A stretch of 63,548 nt of DNA, filler included, from Reticulomyxa filosa (taxonomy: Eukaryota; Protista; Foraminifera), in assembly GCA_000512085.1 (NCBI GenBank). It is 17 parts of 17 records of this genome, joined end to end, with 100 filler letters (N's around TTAATTAATTAA, not from the genome) between each part and the next. Parts side by side here need not be neighbours in the genome. Positions count along the whole stretch, not along the records: positions 35,719 to 50,476 come from ASPP01008022.1; 16 more parts are not named here. The stretch is one strand, 5' to 3'. Under the pieces are notes generated by a model that saw only the letters and a list, made by a program, of their open reading frames with translations, was not told where the DNA came from and did not search any database. This document shows, one piece after another, positions 37,328 to 50,576 of the stretch. The position numbers and the translations under genes are program-made. Every line of letters begins with the position of its first letter. Positions within the stretch are counted from its first letter, which is position 1.

Positions 37328-40300
37328 ATGCTCCAACCCAACCAACAAAACAGCACGTCTCCTGGCCTTTTGCCAACTGAAAATAACGAAAAAGTGGACA
37401 ATGATAATCCAGCTGATCAAGAAATTGAAGGAGTACTCAAAGTGGAATATACTGGCAGTTAACATTTTCTTCGTTTTCTACATTAAGATACGTTGCAAAT
37501 AAAACAATTGTTATACGTTCGGACTTTTTAATTTTGCTCTCTCGACCACTTCGCTATAAGTTTGGAAAATTCTTATTAAACTTTTATTTTTTCATTATTA
37601 CTTTTTTTTTTTCACTTTGGCGGAGTGTACGTAGCTTTGCCGATGCTATCTTTTGTCCCCTTTTTGTTAACTCTTTCATTGCTTGCAAAAATAAAATGCA
37701 AGAAACGAGAGAAAAAATTGAATGAAAGAGCAGAGTTAAAAAAAAAAGCGTAGAGAGAAGAGAACATATCTACAGCAAAAAATTTTTGTTGGAATAGAAA
37801 GACGAGGTATCGCGTCGATGGAATGTCCTTATTGTCTCGAGAAGCTCTATCGAGTACCCAAGTTTTGCAATGTTTTTTGGTTTGTGGGTTGGGTTTCTAC
37901 GTTTCTCAAACCTGTAAAAATAACTGGAAAAGGGGAAGGGAAAAACGTATGAGTAGTATACATACTTTTTTTTTGTTTGTGTGCGTCAAGCTTAAGGGAT
38001 CATTTAATTCAGAAACACAAAAACGTCGACTTGAAGAGATTTTTTCAATATCATTGCACGCATTGTAACAAAAAGTTTCTTCACAGAGCGGGGTTACAAA
38101 GACATTTAAAAGTCACTAAGTTCACTTATCCATTTATTTATTATTTATACGTAACTATTTCAATTGTTTCATTTGGAAGCGATTAGAAATAAACAAATAA
38201 ATGTTACTTTCACAAGTAGTAACGATAATTTTTTTTTTTTGCTCACCAAATTTGCACTTTTGTATTTACGTATCATGCACGTGTGAGACTTTTGTTTTTC
38301 TCCAAAAAAAAAACCAGAGAAGTTTGCGTTGTTTTTTTAAGTAAAATTACAAACATACGCACACTACAAATGTGTGCATTGCAGCCATGGATCGTCGGGC
38401 GTGAATGAAAGTACTTGTCATCGTGGTGACGACGGAAAATTATTTTGTATTGCGAGCAATTCAAATACTCCAGAGTTAGTGACGGTTTCCGGGGGGGACA
38501 CGAGTGAATCTTTGAAAATTCGAATAAAAAAACAAAACATTGGTTATGACCCCTTGAATCATAGGAAAAGGCCGTTCGATGACATCCATGAAGATCAAAT
38601 GTCACCTCCTCCCAAACGACGAAAATTGTGTTGTCAGGAGGATGGTATGTATATCGTTCTCTTTTCTCGTCATGTGCTCCTTCACCAAAAAAAAAATCAT
38701 ACATGAAATGTCGTATGATGTGTGACACTGGACACGATTTATCAGGAATGAAGTGTGAAAACAAAGAAACGGATCAAAATAATGAACAAGTTAGAAAAGA
38801 GTTGTATGCAAAATATGGCGATTGTTGCACCAAGTGTGGAAAGTTATGGAGCGAATTCCGCGATGAAGTTGCGATCCTAAGCCATATCAAAGCGAAGCAT
38901 ACCTATAGTTGCAATTTCAACCAATGTCCACGTCGCTACACCCGATTTCAGTTGTTGGTGGAGCATAGGCAAGTGACTGGACATTACGGTTCAAGATGTA
39001 AAAACCCTTTTTTACATGAAGGTTTGCAAGGTTTTTTTTTTTGATATTTGTCAATTTTTTTTTTTTTTAAATGTTACCTTAGCAGTTAGAACAACTTTAT
39101 CGCTTAATTTTTTTTGAGGGGTATTGTTGAAGGAACATGGCGAAGAATTAATAGCTTACCACAAATACCAAAAAAACAAACAAACTAGGACGACCGTGGC
39201 AAACATACCTAAAGATGCCACACCCAACATTATGCTCGCATTGGTATGGCTCCGAGTTAGATCAAGGCACACCTCAGACAAAGAGTGCACGTGCGGTGGA
39301 TGGGCCTGTGGAAATGGAGGATACTCCACCGGTCGACGATAGTGACTGTGCGGCCAATGGCAAAGCGGTGATAGGCACGTGCGAGACAGCAGACAACGTG
39401 ATGACGATGGAAAGCAACGTCCAAAGCATTGAGGACATAATGTTTAAAGGACAGCTGCTGTGTCCGATTTGCTTGAAAACACTGAAAATCGAAGACAGTG
39501 GATTGCAACAACAATATGAAACGTATTTGCGTTCGAAGCAAATCGAATGCGACACTAGCAACGAATGGATGGACTATCGGTTCACTGATGAGCCGATCAT
39601 GTATGGTATTCAAAAATCGATGTTGAAATTCCATGTCGCCACACATCATCCCGACTTTGTTGTCAAGTCATTCAAAAATAATCATTCCATTCATCGACGC
39701 AGTAACACTGCCCACAACGGTCATAGCAATGGCAACAGCAACGGTAATGGTCACTGTCACAGCCATGACATTTAAATGGCCATGTCAGCAGCGTGGAAGA
39801 AAAATGAAAGTGAGATCGACGAGGAAGCTGTTAAAATGTATTGCAGCGGTGATCATCACCACGACGACAAGGGTATCGATGATAAGTCGAGTCATCCCAA
39901 TGTACTGGATGACTTGATCGGCCCTTGTTCCGGTGATTCCGGCAAACTCAAAGCAGTTCCCACTACCGCCACGTCATCTTCCAATACTAACACTTGTCCA
40001 CTTCCCACTTCTTCTTCGTCGTCCTTGCAGTTCAAAACTTTTCGGCACTTTTTTTTTTTTTTTTTTTTTTCAAAAAAAAATTATACGTTGTTGATTGTCG
40101 ACACAATTACGTGCACATATACATACACAAACATATCAAGGCCAAATAATCGGCTTACTAATCACAAGACAAAGAACGAGTTTTTATACAACCGAACAGA
40201 TCGATCTAACTTAATTGATTTTGTTACCAAAACAGTAGAACGTTTTCACTCCAATCAAGTCAACACTATTATTGCTCTTTTTGATTTTTTTTTTAAAGTT

Positions 40301-43164
40301 TTGTTGCAAGTTGGAAACAAATTTTTTTTTTTTTTTGAAAAAAAAGGAAACGTATGAAAGCATATTGCATGATTTGCCAAATGATCCACAAATGTTATTA
40401 GAGTTGATAAAGTTTTCATTTGTTATCTTGGATACCAATAAAAAATATTGTGAAAGTGTGGACCGAATTGTAACTGAAAAAATGATTGATATGACGGTAT
40501 CCATGTCGTGTTTTATTAGTTTTTTTTTGTTGTTTATTGACCATTTATAGTCTTGATTGGTTTGAAATGCCTTGCATTCTTCTCTTTCTAATCTTCTCTT
40601 CACTGTGACTGGTCAAAAAAAAAAAAAATGTGTAAAAGGCATTGGACGAAGAAAATAAGTTATTAAAACAGATGATGAAAGAACATCTTTCGGAAATGAA
40701 ACCGCAGTTGGAACAGAGGCTGCGAGACTCTCGACCTTATCAATTGTACAAACAACGATACAAGGCGGATTACTTGACGAAATTGCAGGAACAGACGACA
40801 GAAGAAGAGCGCCAATTGTTGAATAACATTGGCACGTATTATCAAGAATTGTACAAAAAAGAGGCGAATATCATTGGCAAACACAGCCAGTCGTACAAAC
40901 CTGTGGAAGAGTCATCTTCGCAACCAACCAAAATCATCCATTACAAGAATAACAATAATAATAGTAATGCATTTGGCACGACACACACCATTACCATTCG
41001 TAATATTCCCAACGGCTTGCATATCACCAAACCCTCATTTCGTAGTTTTCAAAGCAATGTCATCGCCATGGACACTAATTTGTCCCAAACCGGCGCTCCT
41101 GGTATGCATGCTACGTCGATTGCTAATATCAACGCACCTGCAGCATCCAACCATTGCGTGCCGCCATTGAAACCAACCACCATTATCACTCATAATGCGC
41201 CCACAGTTTTGAGTAATTCGTGTTTTGCAACGTTTGTCGACTTCGATTTTGTTATGTTAAAAAAAAAAAAAAAATTCACAAAACATGCATACAAAAAAAG
41301 ATGGCATCCAAACGCAACGAATACCAAAAATTAATGGAAGAGCACGCGCAACAGACATCGAAAATGGAATCAGACAAAAAAAACGGACACCGTTGGCAGT
41401 CGGGTCACAACTCCTGTCAAGCGAGCATGTGCGGTGGTAGTGGGATGGCGACGACAGACACGGATCAAATGAACAAGGAGTCTTCAGCCTTGCTATCAAA
41501 ATGAGTCAGAGTTCGATCGCCTTGGACACCTTGCAGAAACAAAAGAAGTCGCATTCGCATTTGCAAAGACAAGTCTCACATGACACGCATCCATTGTCGG
41601 GTCCACTTATTATGACAATTGGCAATGGTGCAAATGACAATCATGCAAAAAACGAAACAGTGAATTACTCTGGAGTTATAGATGCAGATGGGATCAAATT
41701 GAATATGACTAATGGACGACCTTCTTCTGCCTCGGCTTCTCATTTGAACTATGTGAGAAATGGAGGAGGAAGCGAAACAGTGACGACACCGACGGCAACG
41801 ATGTTGTCAATGATTCCGAACAATGGCTCTGCTGGCAATCTCTCGCAAGTGCGAACGCATATGTCCAATGCATCAAATGACCCTCTGGTTCAACATATGA
41901 ACCTGCCTTCGTTTTTGCTTCCACCCAATTCCAAACTGCGGCCCACGACCATTGTGACTTCGTCTCGTCCGCTGAATATTCCCAGTCTGTCCGCGGCTCC
42001 ACAGACCACTCAGCCCTTGGTCATTCGGCTCGACACTTCGAACCACGCAGGGACGACTGTCAACATTACCAACAGCAATGTTAGCTGCGCTCACAACAAT
42101 GTCAACAATTCCACCCATGTTTGGAACAAAAACAATATGGTCACTATCCCATTCCCTCTCGTCAATTTTGCAAATAATGATCCACACAGTCCACTCACAC
42201 AGGCACGTTTCATTCCTTAGTGTCATGTTTTGATTGAACCAAATAACCCCATACACACTTGAATTAAACTCTTCAGGACAGAATCCGATTTAACGAAACC
42301 ACAAAGCTCATTCAATCTCCTCCTTTGCCTGCAATGGAACCTGCGGTTTTGGCCACTCCAACGTTGAGCACCAATGCTCCAAGCCCCAGTGCCAATGACA
42401 TTACGAATGCAATTGATCAGATGCATCATCTAAATAAGTCCACGTGCAATGAAAGCGTTGGGTTGCGTTTGGTTCACTCCTTAAAAATTTCACAAGAGTT
42501 GATGCAATGCAAACAATGGCTTGAACAGCTTATGAAGGATCAAAGACTAGCCTTTGTGCGAGAATCGTCTTACTTTAGTGACAACACCGTCAAAAAAATT
42601 TATGAAAAATTGTGCAAGAATGAATACAAGAGTGTATTTGCTGTTTTTGATGATCTTCAAAAACTGTGGAGTGTTGTTCTTGCCAGACTTAAAGTTATAT
42701 TTATTTATTTTTTAAATTCTTTTTTTTTTACCTTTTTTTGTGTATATATGTTTACACAGAAGGGTTCCGATGCAGCACGACTTGCACATGGTGAAGAACA
42801 ACGTCTACATCAAAAACAGGAAGAAATGCTTGGTGTTGAGTACTGTGACTAACGATTATTAATACAATACCGAACAAAAGAAGATAATTTGATTTTCTTG
42901 TTTGTTCTTTTGTTGTTTCAGAATTTGTTAACCTGGGCCCCAGAACGTGTCAAGGAATGGTGGGACTGTAATCATTATCCTGAAACTGATAGCGAAAGGA
43001 TTATCATGACACAGATAAATGGCGAGCAGCTGGTGAATATAGTAAATAATCACACACAATTTGAAAAAATTTTTCCTCATTCTATGCATATTTATGATGA
43101 ATTAAAAAAGTATGTTAGCAGATGGGTTGAAGCAGCAAATAATCCCAGAAAGTATACATTTTGA
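37328..43164 (+). CDS. Multi-exon C2H2 zinc-finger protein with C-terminal degenerate bromodomain and SAM domain
   Basis: Fingers: CPYC...LRDHLIQKH, CTHCNKKFLHRAGLQRH, CTKCGK...HIKAKH, CNFNQCPRRY...EHRQVTGH. Bromo-like: IYEKLCKNEYKSVFAVFDDLQKLW. SAM-like: TWAPERVKEWW...QINGEQL. The start and single-gene status are uncertain. Confidence 0.6.
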
Positions 43165-43388
43165 CAATGCTTTATTTGTATTTGTGCAAAATAAAAAAAA
43201 TTTATTTGTTTTTTAAAAAAATTCTCTCCCCTTCCCATTTTTCTTAGCAAGTGCTTCCCTTTGCAAAATTTTCTGTTGTTGTGCAGTGAAAATTTTGTGG
43301 AAACATCTTACAATTGACTTCGATCTCCACACAGATCAACCTCAATGGTTTTGTAGAACAGAAAAACTTTCACAAACTATACTTTCTA

Positions 43389-44055
43389 CAGTAGAATGCA
43401 AAAGAAAGTTGACACATAAACGATACCTCATGTAGATAACGATTTTTCGATGGAAAAACAACATTTAAACCTTTTTTTTATATTAAAAAAATATCTACGA
43501 ATTATATTAATTTTTCTTTTTGCATTTGCAGCTTTTATTAAAGTTATTTTTCATCTTCTTTTTATTAAAATGGTAATAATCACCAAAATGATGTTTATTT
43601 TGGAAAAATAAATCATCTGAAAGTTTTTGCTTGATTTATTTTTGAACAGCATTTATCTCGTTTATTATTGCTAGTGCGTTTGAGCAAAGATAGATTGTGC
43701 AAAAAAATAAGTAATTTTTAAATACATGCCGAAAAATTAACACACATTGAAAAATAAAAATTCAAAAAATTAAAAAATCAAATAAAAAACTCATTTAAAT
43801 TATAGCGTCTTTAACATAAAAATTACTTTGCGAAATGTTATTTTTTGAAAAAAATTGATTATGTGACATTTTTTGAAAATGCTTAAAAAAAAGTTGGTAA
43901 ATTTCATGGCTCAATACAGTCACTATTGTAACTTTTCCTAAAAATTTTGAAAAATCAATGTTTCAAATTTTAGAAACACAGTGAAGATAAAAAACCAAAA
44001 TCATATTTAAGACTACGATTTTTTTTTGGCTATTTTTCCACAAAAAATGCTATCT
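43389..44055. mobile_element. MITE family copy 4 (left TIR intact, right end eroded)
   Basis: TA|CAGTAGAATGCAAAAGAAAGTTGACAC; internal TGAAAATGCTTAAAAAA...AAATTTCAT...ACAGTCAC...AAAAACCAAAAT matches 28190-28330. Confidence 0.7.
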
Positions 44056-44458
44056 AATGGGTAACCTCCGTATGACTTCCGGAACATGCCATTTATCAGA
44101 TAGGTCAGTCCCCAAAAGTGCAGCTACTACCTGTACGAAGCGGTTTATCTTGGGCGACTGTTTGCTACAGACGGTTAATCTCGGAGAAGAGGAACTTCCT
44201 CCACCTTTTTTTTATTGTAATTCATATTACCGCCGATTTAAAATTGATATATGCTGAATATAAATGTAGAACATAGTACAGAATGCAGGTAATCTTTTCA
44301 AAATATATGTTGTCAATCAATCCAAAAACTTTTTTTTAAAGATTAAAAAGAGAGGAAATTGAGACGTTGGGAAAATCTTCAGTAATACACGCACACAAAT
44401 ACAACTGTACAAAAAAAATGATATTATCTCTCTTTTTTTTTTTGAAAGAATTGATGGA

Positions 44459-47056
44459 TCACTTTTCAACAACTTTCCATTGGAAAATGGACATGTCAGC
44501 TCCACCAACACTTAAAAGATAAGAATCATCATTCAAGAAATCAACGCCAACAACAAATTCGGCATGTCCATTATAAGCACGACATGCTTCAGAATCAATA
44601 GCTGGATAATTATGTAATCTAACAGTGCCAAAATCATCACCAGAAGCAATTAAACGGGAATCAGAAGTAAGAGAAGTAGCATTTAAATCAGTTCCGTCCC
44701 ATCCTCTTTGATATAAGCCTTGAACATCCCATCCAGCAACTAAAGGATCACCATGCCATTGAACTTTATCAGGATCTGGTATTTTAGTGCTAAATTCAGC
44801 TGTTTTTTTACTAAAATCTAATAACCAATGAACTACTTCATAATCACGAGTTAAACATTTAACAATAGTACCATCAGTTGACCATTGTAAATGAGAAGGA
44901 GCAGCTCTATGATTTAAGCCTTTCCATTGTTTTAAAGTAATGTTTTCATCATCACCAACATTAACATTAATTATATAACAATGTGCATCACCATGTGCAA
45001 CTGCTAAATATTCATTATTAGGAGACCATTTTAAAAATTCAATACCTTCTAAAGCATTGTTTACATTAGCTAAAGGAATAAAATGTGTAGCTTTTAATTC
45101 TAATTTTGGATAAGATAAAATGGCAAGAGTAGAACTAGTAGTACCAACAGCAATCCATTTACCATCACCACTTATAGCGCAATTTTGTAATTGCCATTTT
45201 TCAGCAGAAGGAGAAGAAGATGCTTTTGGTGATGTTGTTTTTTCATCTGATTCATTATTATTACTACTACTATTATTATTATTTTTTTTATTAATATGAT
45301 CTTCTGGAGTATCTTTATCTGAAAATTCATATGTACCAGTACAATGATGTATTGCAGGATCCCATATTTTAACAGCTTTATCCCATCCTGCAGTAATAAA
45401 TGTTCTATCTGTTGGATGTGCTACTACACCCCATATTTGACCATCATGTCCATCAATAACCATATCCGTTTTTTGTGTTTTAATATCAAATTTTGCAATT
45501 TGATTAGTTTTAGTACCAATGAAAATATAACCACTATTTTCATCAATATCTATAGCAGATGGTTGTGATTTAAAATCAGAACCATCTATATGTATATTTT
45601 TAGTTTGCCATTTATCTTTACCACTAATATCTAATGCTTTAATAGTTTCATCTGTAGATGCTGTATAAATAGTATCAGCTTTACTATTAATAACAATACT
45701 TGTAATAGGTTTTTTATGTACTTGTTTTAATTCTTTTGTTACTTTATTATCACTACCAAAATATAATGTACCAGATGCACCACCTATTACCCATGAACCA
45801 TCTGGTAAATAAGCACCACTTATAAATGCTTTTTCTTTAGTTTTTGTTGTTACACCTCTTAATCTTTGTCCTTCTAATTTTTTATTTTTTCCTAATATTA
45901 TTTTGGATACATAAATAAATCCATCACAAAAAAATATTACTTCATCTACACATTCACTAGGTTTAGGATTTATTATAAGTCCGTGAATTATTTGTCTTGT
46001 TGTAGGATGATCTAATAATACTGTTTGTGCTTGTTTTGTAGCTTTTTTATTTGGTCCTAAGCCACTAGTATCATATACTCTTAATGTTTGTTCTTCACTA
46101 CATAATACATATAAATATCCTGTTGCTGGACTCCATTGCACACGACGAATTAATCCAGTACATACTTTATCTATTAATACTACTTCTTTCATTGTTTTAT
46201 AATCCCAAATCCATAATTTTGGCTATTTATTATTTTATTTATTATAATTATTTTTCAAATATCCAAATTATTAATAAATAAGTAAATAAGTAAATAAATA
46301 AATAAATTTACCAAATCTTTTCCTTGTCCTGGTCGATCTTTTGGATCTTTTTGACCTGTACAAACTAATGTTGAGCCTGGTCTCGGATCCACGCAAATTC
46401 TATTCATTTTTTTTTTATACGTTTTTTTTTTTTTTTAAGGTTTTTTTTTAAAATAGAAATAAAAATATTATGCGTATTTTTTAACGTTGTCACATCATCA
46501 TTATGATTCAAAAAATGCTTTTGAGTATTTGTTGCAATATCATGAACAATTCCTGCTGCTGCCATAAAAAAAATTAACTATATCATTTTTATTTTTATTA
46601 TTATCAAAATACATATATCATAATATTTTATTTTATTTTTTCTTTTTTCTTAACTTGTCCATCCTTTGCAATCAAATGTTGCTTGTAACGATAATACTTG
46701 TTTGCCAATGCACCACCATTAAATCCATACACGTGTTCCAAATGTAATTCACTTGCTGGTTTTCTCTTTGCGTCTTCTGGTGTTGGATAACCTTTGCTTG
46801 GCTTGTAATATAATATTTTTCCTTTTCCAAACGTGTAATCACCACGTCTGTTTAAAATACACAATTAACAAAAGATACAATACACATTAACATTTAACAC
46901 AAAACATAATCATAATTTCTTCAATTATGACAACAAAAAAAACACCCCTTTTAACACGTTTTGCGAAAAGTAGGTCTGGCTTTTTTCCTACTCTTTCATA
47001 CATAAAACTCACCGATTTTGATCTGTTCCAAATATGCTTTCCGTACTTTGTGCCAT
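44459..47056 (-). CDS. EMAP/EML-family microtubule-associated WD40 (HELP/TAPE) protein
   Basis: HELP motif LHLEHVYGFNG; C-terminal DGTDLNA...SGDDFGTVRLHNYP...GHAEFV...SVGGADMSIFQW. Start MAQSTESIFG at 47056 is in frame only through introns 46988-47012 and about 46848-46957. Confidence 0.9.
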
Positions 47057-47526
47057 TGTTAGCTTTTTTTCCTTTTTTCACTTCACAAAACTAAGGGTTT
47101 TTTGGCTAGTTTAAAAAAAATTTTTGTTAACCTTTCGAATTTTTTTTTTGCGTTTGATATTCAAAATGACCAACAAAAACTGGTCTTTAACTTTAAAAGT
47201 ATTTTAGAAAAAGTTTTGTGCAGAGATTGATGTTTCTAGAACATAAAAAAGATTTGAAATTGTGGCCGAAAATGGTAAATTGAAAAACAAAGGAATATTG
47301 GCAGCACATTTTGAAGTCAATGTGTTATGAATAGTTTATTAGTATTTTTTATGAATTGATCTGTTTTGTGTCGACGATGCTACTTTGTTTGTTCAGTTTT
47401 AATATTTCTTAAGTGTTATTAGAGAGGGAAAAAAAAAGCAAAATACAACTAAAAAATCACAAGAAAGACCTTCTTGTTGATGTTAGTTTTTGCGATTTGT
47501 TGAGAATTAAAGTTGTAGATATGTAA

Positions 47527-49575
47527 TTATTGATATTTTTTGTAGATCTGGATGAAAACGTTGACAGGGCCCTCATAGTGATGAAAAACATCGTTACAAA
47601 GAGGGTTGTTACAGTGATGGAAAGCAATGTTTGGAGTGGCGCACGCAGCATATAATTGATAAAAGTTGTACAGCTTGAAAAAGTTGTCGTCGATATCACA
47701 AAAGAGAGGGAATAATCCGGGGGCTTTTGCAAAAGTTTTTAAGAATCGGAGCATAGGATTTCGTTTAAACTCCTGCCAACGTTTTGCAGCTTCAGGACGG
47801 CGATAATATGCTAAAATATACTCGATATGTATCTCAACCTCTTTTATTTGGATTGGCACCAATTCATACTTGCAATAAGCAAAGCCACATTGTAAATGTT
47901 CAAAGATTGGGAGTAACTCTTTTCTCATTATTATCAGTACTTTTACATATTGCTCGCCTTTTCTCAGCAATTTATGGATTTGTTGTACAAATTGTTTCAT
48001 TTTTTCGACCTCATTGCATCTCATTACTTTGTCCAATCCATCGATTGCCACAAGCGCATACTTTCGGTGCGTGATAATGTCCTTGATATCCGGCATGTCA
48101 ATTAGATCCGTTTTGGAGTCTGTTAAATCTACGTATTGAATGCATTTACGAAACTGATACTTTTCGCCACAAAAATCGCGTGACAAATAGTAGGAAATGT
48201 ATTTAAAAACGTGCGTTTTCCCATAATGACCAACAGGTGCTGTTAACTAAATCAGGTTTTTTTTTTTTTAAACGATACGTTAAAAAAAAAAAGAGGGGGA
48301 GAAAAAAAAGAGTGGAAAAAAAACAATACAAAAAAAAAAAAACAGACCACAAAAAGAGTCGTGCGTTGAAAACTACGTTTCAACGAATATAAATGTTTGT
48401 AGCCTTTGAAGATAGTAGAGAAAGTTTGTTCAAGCTCAGACGTAATAGCATCGTGATAGGCAGCATCAGAAATCAGCAAGTTGAACAATATGAGAGCGTC
48501 ACATCTTCGCTGTTGTATGAACCCAGGACGGAGGTTAACATACAAATAATCGGAGTCGCTGGACGATTCCAATGGAAGTGATGCTTGCGATATATGCACA
48601 CTCTCACTTGCGGAGATACAATTGAACGTATACGTCGTCCGCATCTTCTTCGTCTCATCATGCAAACATTGTATCCGTTCACTTACTTCTCTGTCGTGCG
48701 GGCCAAGTCGCAACTCGTTGCTTCGGGTGTACATAAGAGCTTCCACTGCGTCCCCGCTCGCAAACAACTCGTCTACAAATCGCTGTCCAATTCGATTCGA
48801 AACGTTCATTCCGATTTTCTCGCCATGTTTGACGTATATTACATAGGGAACTCCAACTTGTTGTCATTGTGGATTATTTTTTATTTTTATGGGTATTATT
48901 TTGTTGGTTGATTGATTGGTTGGTTGGTTGGATTGTTTGTTATTTGTTTACATTTGTATGCCTCCAAATTAACATATATGTATGTATATATATATATATA
49001 TATATACGTACCTATGCGCAGTACAGAAGCAATTCTTTCAGAATTACACACCGACAAATACACAATTTTGGGTAGTTGTGCAGAACGGAGTGCCTTTTTA
49101 ATGTCCTCACAGATCATAAGAGTGAGTCCACCAAACCCGTTTTCCACGCAGAGGTCACCTTGTTGGTTCGCATGAGCGTGAATCACCACCATGTCTGAAA
49201 TTTTGAAAAAGTGACTCAATGACTGCACTGTCAGCACTTTTGTCTGCACGTCTACAAGTCTCTTATGCTTTTCCGCCATCGTCGTGATACTTTCGTCAAA
49301 ACTATGTTCCAAGTCTTTTTCACGCAACTGTCCGATTGCATCTGTTGACAATATCGTGACTGTCGCTATTATTTCCTTCGTTTCAGGTTCGTCCTTTTTT
49401 TTTTTAAAAAAAAAAAAAAACACACACACACACACACAAAGCAAAAAAAATTCAATTTCTAATATAACATTCCAATACAAGTTTTCAATGGACATTTTCG
49501 TGAATCATATACACTCCTTCTTACCTCATGTTTGCTTTCCAAAGTTTTCTTTGATTCGTCTCGTTCAATCTATTT
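47527..49575 (-). CDS. CHAT (caspase-like) peptidase fused to STAND-type P-loop NTPase
   Basis: Exons ...-49525, 49393-49012, 48856-48348 and 48246-47527 splice in frame. CHAT: VVIHAHA and IVYLSVCNS. NTPase: LFVLTAPVGHYGKT, LVAIDGLD, VKVLIIMR. The 5' end is unresolved. Confidence 0.7.
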
Positions 49576-50576
49576 TTTTTTTTTTTTTGCTCCTTTGCGT
49601 CCTTTCATATTCTTTTTTTTGTTTTTTCTAGGTTTGTAGTCACTTCCTTTCCTTTTTATCCTTATAAAGAAGTATTTATCACATTATTAAACGCTGATGC
49701 TTCCGTACTTGAGCACGACACATGATCTGTCACTTCCTTTGACAGTCGCGGCTTGTCTTGAGCTGATACTTTTTTATGTTTGCTGTTCGTTGCTACTGTC
49801 CTTAAAACAACCTGTGCAAACACAAATACATACTTGAGACATTTTGCTTCTTTTCAGTCATTTGCTAGTAAAAAATAATCCGCTGGGATTTGTAAATATC
49901 TTTCTCTTTTTTTTTCCTTTTTTTTTTTTCCTAAGACAAAACATTTAATCCTCTCCTCCAGTGTGTTTACGTTGTTACGTAGACAAAAAAAGACTATAGG
50001 AGCAAAAAATTTCAAACTCTGTTCTTATTCATAGAGCAAGTACGTTTCACTTTTTTTTAGAGGTACCTACATGACCTCTTTGAGACAATTTTTTTAATTT
50101 TATTGTCTTTCGGATGAACAGAAGACTCCTAGAACAGTATTCAATATTTGCCTCTTTGTGTCGCTAGTACAGCGTCAAAAAGGGAACAGTGCAACGAAAA
50201 AAACACTTGAAATTATCTTGTGTCATTGAAAACTTGAAAAAAAATGCAAGTGTCAGAAACAAATATATTCCATGGGCAACGTGTCAGTTGTTCAGTCTTA
50301 TTTTTTGTTTTGTCTTGGAATTTAACAAAAGTAACCGTGACAACAAAACAATAGCGGAAACAATCACGAAAATCGAGCCACACAAGCTTGTGTACAAAGC
50401 AATACCAGCACAAGTAAAATGGAGTATGCTTTAATAGAAAGCAGACCGCATTTTCGACTTGGTTTTTTTTTTTTTTNNNNNNNNNNNNNNNNNNNNNNNN
50501 NNNNNNNNNNNNNNNNNNNNTTAATTAATTAANNNNNNNNNNNNNNNNNNNNNNNNNNNNNNNNNNNNNNNNNNNN

